From Octopus bimaculoides (Eukaryota): a stretch of 41,732 nt of DNA. Made by a program: the position numbers and the translations under genes. This document shows positions 33,030 through 41,732 of the stretch, piece by piece. How positions within the stretch are numbered: position 1 is the stretch's first letter; every line of letters begins with the position of its first letter. The DNA lies in NCBI RefSeq assembly GCF_001194135.2, contig NC_068981.1:86767031-86808762 (forward strand). Direction: 5' to 3'. The notes beneath the pieces are model-generated. The model did no database searches. It worked only from the letters and a program-made list of their open reading frames with translations, and was not told the origin of the DNA.

Positions 33030-34230
33030 TTTTATGATTTCCCAGAGAATCTCGAATCAATCAGTACAATGATCTGTTTTCACAACCACTTATTTAAAAC
33101 CATATCTACAACTCTTTCTACACCCCCACAAAATATACACCACAGCTTCCTACACAGATGACGTCACAGTTACACCTTCCTATAATGTTTCAAATACTAC
33201 TGCTCCTATCACGTAGAATCCATTTCCAAAACAACTGACATATTGTGGCACATACGAAATACTCTGTGCCAGCGACACAGTTGAATACCAATCACAACCT
33301 ACCATTCCATCCAGCAACATAAACATATCACACACACAGGAGACAATACTACAAGTTACATACAACGCCCTTACAATAATTATGGTTCACATAGAAAACT
33401 AGAGTAAAGAAATAAAACGACATATAAATAGAGAGCCCCGACATAAACTCTGTTCGATCACCAGAAACACTAACTATGTACAAATAACATAATAGATCCT
33501 CATGGATTATTTCCACTCTGCCGGAATCACAAATGTCTTCCCCTCGAAACCATAATAAACTACAAAAACGTTGAAGCAGTGCACTCCACATTACAACAGC
33601 ACATAGACAACAGCCGCAAGTTAGATACACAACAAAACATAAACACTATATGTGAAAGACTAACTGGACATGCAAGAGATAGAGTTTTCGTTACCGCAGA
33701 CCCCAACACGTAGAGCTCTTTCCACTGCATGAAAAATCATCCCAAACACCAAGACAAATCCAGAATGCTACAACACTCTCCTAAAGATACATAGTGAAGG
33801 CGCGTGGCTTAGTGGTTAGGGTATTTAGCTCACGATCGCAAGGTCGTGATTTCAGTTCCCGGAGACGCGTTATGTCCTCGAGCAAGACGCTTTATTTCAC
33901 GTTGTTCCAGTCCACTCAACTGACAAAAATGAATAGTACTTATATTTCAAAGGGCCAGCCTTGTCACATTCTATGTCACGCTGAATCTCCCGAGAACTAC
34001 GTGAAAGGTACACGTGTCTGTGGAGTGCTCAGCCACATGCACGTTAATTTCAGGAGCAGGCTGTTCCGTTGATCAGATCAACTGGAAGCCTCATCGTTGT
34101 AACCGACGGAGTGCTAGTTTTTTAGAGATACATATCTCTCAACTCAATTCATCCTAACATAAAAGACAAAACTCAAGAAATGGTTACAGCACCAATAGTC
34201 TCCCCTGCGTCAATGACTGAGATGTGTAAC
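33030..34230 (+). mobile_element. Jockey/I-like LINE RT 3' relic, interrupted by a SINE
   Basis: ASYTDDVTVT (YTDD at 33151-33162), TILQVTYN..HIEN and LMDY..NKLQKR*SSALHITT resemble YADD, ILGVT and NKLQ..QN.ALR.IT. Limits approximate. Confidence 0.6.
33794..34116 (+). mobile_element. SINE family C, full length, with 9 bp target-site duplication
   Basis: A/B boxes, core and tail as in 23714-24034; agatacata at 33785-33793 and 34126-34134. Confidence 0.93.
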
Positions 34231-34233
34231 GGA

Positions 34234-34550
34234 GTGAAGGCGTTTGGCTTAGTGGTTAGGGAATTCGGCTTACGATCGTAAGACTGGGTTCGAGTTCGAT
34301 TCTCAGCGGCGCGTTGCACGTCACTTTATTTAACATTGCTTCAGTCCACTCAGCTAGCATAAATTAGTAATACTTGTTGTTCACACGTCCAGCTTTGTCA
34401 CATTCTATGTCACGCTGAATCTTACTGAGAACAACATGAAAGGCACGCGTGTCTGTGGAGTGCTTAGCCACTTACGCATTAATTTCACGAGCAGAATGTA
34501 CGTTGATAGAATCAACCGGAGCCCTCGTCGTCGGAACCGACAGAGTACCA
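34234..34550 (+). mobile_element. SINE family C, core partly deleted
   Basis: Collinear with 33794-34116 but lacks tgtcctcgagcaag. Confidence 0.9.
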
Positions 34551-34564
34551 GTTTTATAATTATA

Positions 34565-35100
34565 GGAATAGGCAATTTGCAATCATGTGATTTTGGGTTC
34601 AGTCCCACTACGCCGCACCTTGAGTCTCTGGTCGACCAATACTTTGTGAATGAATTTGGTAGACGGAAACTGCGTGGAAGTCCATCGTGTATACCTGTCG
34701 TATATATCCATTCACCCTCTCTCTTTTTTGCTCTTCCCCTCTCTCTCTTTCTCTATACCCTCTCTCTTTCTCTCCCTCCCTCCCTCTCTCTTTTTTGCTC
34801 TTCCCCTCTCTCTCTTTCTCTCCCTCCCTCTCTCTTTCTCTCCCTCCCTCTCTCTTTCTCTCTCTCCCTCCCTCTCTCTCTATATGTATGTATGTGTGTA
34901 AGTGCGTGCGTGCGTGCGTGCGTGCTTTGTGATTGTTCCGTGCCATCACTTGACAACTGGTGTGGTTTGTTTACGACCTCAAAACTTAGCAGTTCAGCAA
35001 GGCACACCGATAGTATTGAAGTCAATTTAGCTCGACCAAACTCTTCAAGGTAATGCCCCCAGCATTGCCGCAGTTCAAACACTAAAACAAGTAAAAGATA
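34565..35100 (+). mobile_element. SINE family B with expanded (CT)n insert
   Basis: ggttcagtcccact, gaatttggtagacggaaactg, cttgacaactggtgtggtttgtttacg and tail aaacaagtaaaagata. Confidence 0.8.
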
Positions 35101-35124
35101 ATGTGAGTAAATATACAGTTCACG

Positions 35125-35176
35125 CCTATCTTCGTGAACCCCTAGGGGTCATGAGAACCCAGACCAGGAACCGCTG
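35125..35176 (-). mobile_element. Possible single end of a hAT-type MITE
   Basis: Minus strand cagcggttcctggtctggggttctcatgacccctaggggttcacg resembles CAG.GGTTC ends with a subterminal GACCCC..GGGGT palindrome; no partner end found. Confidence 0.35.
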
Positions 35177-35663
35177 ACGTAAAGATTCCTAAATACCATC
35201 AGACACGCAACCATATTTTCCATTCTAAATAGAATTTTGTTGTCACTAAAATTCATATTGAATCATTTGATTTTGGGATTTATTATACATCTACAGCATA
35301 AAATATAATATTATGAGCTGTTTTAAAGGTTGTCACTCCCTAATGGATCTCTTCCTGTCTGTCATCTCTTTCTTCTCTCTGTTTTCCATTAAGGAATTTA
35401 TGATAATGTTTATGGAGAGGTGGACGTTAGAGGAAAATAGTATATATATATACATACATATATATATATATATATATAGAGAGNNNNNNNNNNNNNNNNN
35501 NNNNNNNNNNNNNNNNNNNNNNNNNNNNNNNNNNNNNNNNNNNNNNNNNNNNNNNNNNNNNNNNNNNNNNNNNNNNNNNNNNNNNNNNNNNNNNNNNNNN
35601 NNNNNNNNNNNNNNNNNNNNNNNNNNNNNNNNNNNNNNNNNNNNNNNNNNNNNNNNNNNNNNN

Positions 35664-35742
35664 ATTCATACTTTGATCTGAAACTACACACACACACGAT
35701 TTTGATAATGTTGTCTGCGTAGTTTCAGATCAAAGTATGAAT
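35664..35742. repeat. Perfect 24 bp inverted repeat with 31 nt spacer, left arm running into a gap
   Basis: attcatactttgatctgaaactac (35664-35687) and gtagtttcagatcaaagtatgaat (35719-35742). Confidence 0.9.
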
Positions 35743-36684
35743 GAAAAAGTAGCATTCAAACCAAAGCTCTAGAGCTACTACAAAAAAAGCTTGTCTTAAT
35801 CAAAAATTTTACTTTTTTAAATTGTTAATTTTCAATTTTGTTTTCATACATATATTGCATACATATATTGTTATCATATATATATTAATATATATAATTA
35901 AATTAAATTTTACCTTGAGTATATCATGCCAGTCCAAATATTTTCAATATATCTCTAAGGATTGTTAACATGAAGTTCTCGAGTTTGATTTTCTGTGCCA
36001 TCTTTTTTATTATTTTTTCAAGCCCACTAGAAGCTATTGCTTAGAACAGATAATAGCACTTGAATGTCTATGATGTTTGCTGGAATTCCTAGACAGACAG
36101 GAAATCATACTTACCACATAAGAGAGAGAAAGAGAAAGGAACTGAATGAGTAAGGGAGAAAGATAAGGAGAGAAAGAGAGACTCACCAAATTGCTCATAT
36201 TACATTGAATTGCAAATTGAAAACGTAAATACATATATATTTTTTAGGCAGTATTTTGTTGGAATTACTAGTTATCGGTTTAATTCAGCTGCATTGGCTT
36301 GGCTATTACATTGTGATTGTTTTTAGGTATCTTCAAAATAATAAACAGGGTAAACATTATTTTATTGTGGCCATGCTATGATTTCTCATCAATAAAGTTG
36401 CCAAAGTGAACTTTAATGTAATGGTAGTTGAGGTTTATTATTTGTGTCACCCATGCAAATATTTTTGATCTGCTTCTTATCTCTATCTATTTTCGTCTCG
36501 CTTTACTATTCTCGTAATTTTTCATCTTTATCGCATTCTCACAAATTTTCCACATATCCCCATTTATTGTGCGGTCCAACACAAAGCCATCATATTACTA
36601 AGCATGATTATTGTTTCAATGTGTTCCTTACACATGAGTTTCATATCAACGTGTTTCTGTAACTTTTATATCAATCCACGAAAT

Positions 36685-37075
36685 ATTGGTGTCAAATTTT
36701 GGCATAAGCCACTTATTTTATCGAATCCGAAAGAATGAGAGGCAAAGCCGACTTCGGCGGAAATTGAACTCAGAACATAAAGACGGATAAAATGCCGCTA
36801 AGAGTTTTGCCCAGCGTGCTAACGATCCTGCCAGCTCACCGAACTCTTAGTCCACGAAATGTTGATTTCTAATTTTTGCACAAGGCTAACAATTTCAGGG
36901 AAGTGGGTAAGTCGATTATATCGAACACAGTACTCAACTGGTGCTTATTTTATCAGCTTCGAAAGGATGAAAAGCAAAGTCGACCTCGACGGAATTTGAA
37001 CTTAGAACATAAAGACGGACGAAATACCGCTGAGAATTTTGCTCGGCGTGCTAACGATTCTGCCAGCTGACCAAC
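36685..37075 (-). mobile_element. Two tandem SINE family A copies
   Basis: 36685-36841 (internally deleted) and 36857-37075, both ending gctaacgat(c/t)ctgccagct on the plus strand. Confidence 0.85.
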
Positions 37076-37151
37076 CTCTTAATTCACGAAGTATTACTAT
37101 CAGCTATACTGTGATCAAACGTTGTTCTGTTGTCATCATATGTTTGTTTGT

Positions 37152-37530
37152 TGGCACTCCGTCGCTTTCGACGTCAAGGGTTCCAGTTGATCCGGTCAAC
37201 GGAACAGCCTGCTCGTGAAATTAACGTGCAAGTGGCTGAGCACTCCACAGACACGTGTACCCTTAACGTAGTTCTCGAGGATATTCAGCGTCACACAGTG
37301 TGACAAGGCTGACCCTTTGAATTACAGGCACAATAGAAACAGGAAGTAAGAGTGAGAGAAAGTTGTGGTGAAAGGGTACAGCAGGGTTCACCACCATCCC
37401 CTGCCGAAGCCTCGTGGAGCTTTAGGTGTTTTCGCTCAATAAACACTCACAACACCCGGTCTCGGAATCGAAACCGCGATCATATGACCGCGAGTCCACT
37501 GCCCTAACTACTGGGCCATTGCACCTCCAC
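37152..37530 (-). mobile_element. SINE with the family C 3' half but a different head and core
   Basis: 37152-37332 matches the family C tail; 37333-37530 has its own tRNA-like head (gtggaggtgcaatggcccagtagttagggc; ggtttcgattcc) and a core not seen in family C. Confidence 0.85.
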
Positions 37531-37549
37531 TGTCATCATATGACACAAT

Positions 37550-37735
37550 GTCTAATCGGAAAAAAGCTTCGCTGTATTTCTTACAGCTCTTTACGTTCTG
37601 AGTTCAAATCCCGCTGAAACCAACTTTCCTTTTTATACCTTTGCGATCAATAACATAAAGTAGCAGTCAAGTACTTGGGGTGGGTGTATCGATTAACCTC
37701 CTCTCCTGAAAACTGACAGCCTTGTGCATAAATGA
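37550..37735 (+). mobile_element. SINE family A, degenerate
   Basis: acgttctgagttcaaatcccgctgaaaccaactttcctttt. Confidence 0.65.
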
Positions 37736-37934
37736 GATATTATACAATATCAATGAGAAGCTCCTACTGTAACCTGTATTCACGTAGCTTTTTTTCCTCA
37801 ATCAAAATGCGGCCACGCTGTGTCACAAACATGAAGGGTTTAATCAAACAAACCGACCACAGTACTTATTTTTAAGTCCGGTACTTATTTTATGTCTCAC
37901 ATGTATATATATATACATATATATCTCACATATC

Positions 37935-38833
37935 GAACAAAAAGTTCCACAAGCATAGGATGAATTTGATCAGATAAAATGTTTTTATAGTCTTGACTAT
38001 CAATTGAGTCATGAAGAGAAACCACTGGGCCGGTGGATTTCCAAGATGTAGCGCCCCCCACCACAGAACATCACAGATTTTCCCCCATGTTTAACAGTTG
38101 GAAGAAGACAGTCTGGGTCAAATGCTTCTTTTGGCTATCTCCACACGTATACTCGGCCGGTGGTCGGAAATAAGGTAAAGGATAACTTGTCCGAGAAATT
38201 AACATTCTTCCACTGCTCTAGGGGCCAATTCTCTAGGTTTTTATTCCGTTCTAAACACTTTGCAACGTTTGTTTTTGAAAGTAGTGGTTTTCGGATTGCA
38301 GCCCTCCCATGATATCCAGCTTTGTGCAGCTCCCGGCGAACAGTTTTTGTGGAAATTGGGTTCTTGAAGTGGTCTTTAAGCTCTGCAGTAATTTTGAGAG
38401 CTGTACTTTTGTGATTCTTTCTAACAATTCGCGTAAGAGTCCGACGGTCCCTATCTGAAAGTTTTGGTTTTCTTCCGGAGTTTTGTTTCAACGAGGAGGT
38501 TTTTCCCTCATTCTCAATGGCTGTCATTACTTTCGAGACAGTACTTCTTGATACACCAAACAATTTCGGCTGTTTTCGTTATGCTAGCGCCTGCCATACG
38601 AGCACTAACAATTTAACCTCTTTGAAAGTCCGATAGATCTGTTATTTTAATGAAGTTTAATTACTCTTTTCTAATGATTTGAAATGAAACAGCAATTTTA
38701 GCAAAACATATTAAGCAACACTAATAATACATAAAAAAAACAAAAATAAACAAGCTTTTGAAGGTTTTATAGATATTTCAAAATTATGATGCTATGATGC
38801 TAGGTGTTTCCATTATTTTGTCCAACCCCTGTA
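37935..38833 (-). mobile_element. Tc1-family DNA transposon, 5' TIR present, 3' part lost
   Basis: TA-caggggttggacaaaataatggaaacacc at 38833-38803; ORF 38563-38135 GVSRSTVSKV..SGRKPKLSDRDRR..ISTKTVRRELHKAG..RKPLLS..FSDK; next frame CLLPTVKHGGKSVM. No DNA motif or right TIR. Confidence 0.93.
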
Positions 38834-38854
38834 TGCTTTTATTTAGTTCCTAGT

Positions 38855-39050
38855 CAATCATGATCGAACAAACCTATAATCAGAGCATTCATACCATGAT
38901 CAGGCCATCTTTTTCTTATATACAAGGTCCCCAGGACTACATTCTCGAAATTGTTCTTTTTTAAAAGACAGTTGAAAATGATTTGAGAGAAATTTGGTTG
39001 TCATTTCTACCAGCTCGAAAACTACATAAAAGTCTCTTCCTTGGCTCATC
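38855..39050 (-). mobile_element. SINE-like family E
   Basis: atgatcgaacaaacctataatc..ccatgatcaggccatcttttt..atttgagagaaatttggttgtcatttctacc..ttggctc. Confidence 0.65.
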
Positions 39051-39444
39051 AAAGTCATCGTTTTTGGTGCATTCGAACCATGTATATTTATGTAGTAGGT
39101 GTGTTTATTTGCTTTAAGTTTTTCAAAAGTAAAACAATGTACCAGAAGTTTCGAGACATTTACACAAAACAAAAAGTATTCAAAAAAATATAACGAACTA
39201 CAGTGAAACCACCCAACTAGAACCGAGTCACAAACTTTGTTACAGAAGCTAAAATATGTTTTAAGGGGTTAGTTTACAAAATACATTCCCCTACATTTTC
39301 TTTTCAAGATTGGGTTGCTTTGAAATACCACCCTAAAGCAGCTGCATTCAAGCTCTTATTATGCTTCTCTTAACCATGAGGTTATTCAATGTTGAACAAA
39401 TTATAGATGCAAATTCACTTCTTTCAATTAACAATTTCTAATAT

Positions 39445-39650
39445 TGGCACAAGATTTCCCATATTTTGTTTGGGAGGTGTAAGTCGATTAGATTGACATG
39501 GTATTTGACTGGTATTTTATCGACCCCCAAAAGAATAAAAGTATCAAATTGACCTATGCGAGATTTGAACTCAGAAAGTAAAAAACTGGGACAATATCTG
39601 ACAGGCCATTTTTGTCCCACGCTCGAACAATTCTGACAATGAGCATCCTT
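39445..39650 (-). mobile_element. SINE family A, degenerate
   Basis: gtaagtcgattag..actggtattttatcgacccc..gatttgaactcagaa. Confidence 0.7.
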
Positions 39651-39820
39651 GGTTCTTTCTTTAAGTAATGAATATAAATGACAAAAATATGTATTTTTCT
39701 CTGACAAAATGAAAATATCGATTTCCCCACACTTTTTTCTAATACCAAGGTAAAATTGTAATCGCATAAAAAATTTTAACAAATATCGTATGGTATTTTT
39801 CCCGATGCTTTAACGATTCT

Positions 39821-40036
39821 TATTTCTTTATTGCCCACAAGGGGCTAAACATAGAGGGGACAAACAAGGACAGACAAAGGGATTAAGTCGATTACATCGA
39901 TTCCAGTGCGTAACTGGTACTTAATTTATCGACCCCGAAAGGATGAAAGGCGGAATTTGAACTCAGAACGTCACGACAGACGAAATACTGCTAAGCATTT
40001 CGCCCGGCGCGCTAACATTTCTACCAGCTCACCGCC
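39821..40036 (-). mobile_element. SINE family A, young, 12 bp TSD, 15 nt core deletion
   Basis: tttaacgattct at 39809-39820 and 40037-40048; core lacks aaagtcgacctcggc between two ggc trimers. Confidence 0.92.
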
Positions 40037-40239
40037 TTTAACGATTCTGCTAATCTACCACCCTTCAATAATAATGATTTATAACTTCCGGGATTAAATA
40101 ATTAAATCCTCTACCTAAACACGTCACCCATCGTAATGAGTCAAATCCGAACCTCCTCTTTCATTTCCTTAATGAATCAATTATATCAAACTTACATTGC
40201 TTCATACATCAATCAATTTTGATATATTTTAAGTACGAA

Positions 40240-40415
40240 AGTGGCGAGCTTGTAGAATCGTTATCACGCTGGACAAAATACTCAGCGGCATTTCATCCCC
40301 TGAGGTCGACTTTCCTTTCATCTTTTCGAAGTCGATAGACTAAGTACCAGTCAAGTACAGGGATTGAAGTATCCACTCTCCCAAAATTTCAGGCTTTGTG
40401 CCTATACTAAAAAAA
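40240..40415 (+). mobile_element. SINE family A, B-box region deleted
   Basis: gtggcgagcttgtagaatcgtta..gaggtcgactttcctttcatcttttcgaagtcgatag. Confidence 0.75.
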
Positions 40416-40431
40416 AAGTCCATCATGTTGA

Positions 40432-40635
40432 AGTTATTGCTGTTTAACCCCAAATGAATCCTGATTCGGAGACGTTCTTGTTGTGACTGTCCCGTATATT
40501 TTGTATGGCTTTTATATTTCTGGGGATACTTTGTCATACATGATATTACGAATTTTTATAACGTTATAGTGTAAATCGAGGTCGATTTAGTTGTTATCTT
40601 TGGTGAGTTAGGCGACTACATAGTGACTGTCTCGT
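40432..40635 (-). mobile_element. SINE-like family E, degenerate
   Basis: gttattgctgtttaacccc..tcctgattcgg..gatttagttgttatct..ggcgactacatag. Confidence 0.5.
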
Positions 40636-40984
40636 TGATATAATTTTGTAAAATAGATGAGGGTAGTGAAGCGACTGATACAATAGAATGCCGAGCTACT
40701 TCTTTTTTAGTAGTATTTAATTACATCTTTACTTTCTGAACTCAAATCCCACCCAAAACGACTTCACATTTCACTCTTACGAGATCAATTAAATAAATAT
40801 CTTTCATACAACAAAATCGATGTCTGATCTACAAACAAAGTTACAAATCATTATGTTATAAAGCAAACGTAACTAAAGACATTATTATTATATCAGCATT
40901 ATTTAGTTCTTACTGTTATGTCAGCATTATTTTTAAAAAGCTGCACAAAATGGAACAACCACTCATGAGCAACGTATCCATTTC

Positions 40985-41190
40985 TTGGCGCCTCTAATGA
41001 GGAAGTCTTTACGCGCTCGTCTACTAGAAATAGTAGCCAAATCTTCTTCGAACCACACCTTAGTATCTTTTATTAAAAGCATGTGCATATGTTGGCGTAA
41101 ATATCTGATTATAAAAGGTAGGATGGTCATGATTGCTATGCTTTTCATCATAGATCTGTTCGATCGGAGCTGTCGGCGAACTAAAAAGCC
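40985..41190 (+). mobile_element. SINE-like family E
   Basis: ctactagaaatagtagccaaatcttcttcgaaccacacc..ggatggtcatg..atcatagatctgttcgatc. Confidence 0.7.
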
Positions 41191-41276
41191 GCAAGAACTG
41201 CATAACTATAGTCCACTATTGCACACAGTGACCGCACGATACAACCCTCAGTGTTTCATAGCTTATATAGCTTATA

Positions 41277-41310
41277 TGCACACACACACACACACATACA
41301 CATTGTTATT

Positions 41311-41349
<39 letters not shown>

Positions 41350-41350
41350 A
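41277..41350 (+). repeat. (CA)n and (TTG)n microsatellites
   Basis: Direct observation. Confidence 0.95.
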
Positions 41351-41732
41351 TATTTTTAAAAGGATTGACGTAACTCTTCACAAGGTAAAAATAGTCAAGA
41401 CGAAGAGTGCGATTCGATTGTATAGATATTTTATTAGTTGAACAATATTTCAACAGTACGTCTGTCTTTGTCAAGTTCAAAACAAAAGGTGATTAAAAAT
41501 TCAAAATTACAGAAAGTTAAACATAAAGTATGAACGAGAGCAACCAGCGTCCATATGTTGATGGAATGACATCATCAGTTTTTAAGTTTTATAACAGGCG
41601 GAAAGAAAGGAAAAAAATAGAAAAAGGAAGACGGCAGAAAAAAAGGAAAGAAAAAGAGAGAAAGAAGAATATTCAATCAAACAGTTTTGTATAAATTTGA
41701 AGATATTCTCCTGTCATCTTATTCATTCCTTC

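Larger units (their letters stand above)
1104..35663. other. Assembly gaps (N runs)
   Basis: N runs at 1104-1627, 2577-3570, 6459-7001, 8290-8441, 16136-16145, 18396-18405, 18526-18625, 20712-20848, 21773-21994, 24819-25419 and 35484-35663, most flanked by microsatellites. Confidence 0.98.

Noticed and set aside
1082-35697. Long ORFs of 100-480 aa in the ORF track (e.g. 2536-3984, 24751-25674, 6298-7029)
   Set aside because: They are long only because N runs contain no stop codons.
1628-40415. Recurring near-identical 30-50 bp motifs as a CRISPR-like array
   Set aside because: They are dispersed SINE cores with conserved flanks, not regularly spaced repeats with unique spacers, and the DNA is eukaryotic.
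7081-41480. ORFs made of YIYI, THTH, CVCV, ERER, SLSL, MYVC or poly-L/T repeats
   Set aside because: These are translations of microsatellites with no coding evidence.

Overview
Eukaryotic, AT-rich, microsatellite-dense animal DNA with 11 assembly gaps (about 3.5 kb of N). The SINE and LINE repertoire looks to me like an octopus or other coleoid cephalopod genome (recognition from memory, not a database hit). I found no host protein-coding gene, tRNA, rRNA or CRISPR array; almost all supplied ORFs are N-gap or microsatellite artefacts. The window is a stack of decayed mobile elements: a Helitron helicase 3' end, a near full-length mariner nested in a Tc1 relic, a second Tc1, RTE, CR1 and Jockey/I-type LINE fragments, about five SINE families and several Penelope-like elements (PLEs). 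The most interesting layer is RNA structure. I can fold minimal type I hammerhead ribozymes (HHRs) from four different PLE terminal-repeat families by hand, at 6166-6237 (-), 9937-9992 (+), 10628-10673 (+) and 18114-18194 (+), plus mutated or partial sister copies. A 1.4 kb PLE reverse-transcriptase remnant is bounded by about 275 bp inverted repeats that each carry an HHR. Four unrelated fold-backs share a 28-34 nt spacer, and in one of them both breakpoints fall at the predicted ribozyme cleavage site. PLE-borne HHRs are an established class; the fold-back geometry, its link to the scissile bond and possible release of a 682 nt HHR-bounded RNA are inferences that need testing. All alignments and folds were done by eye.
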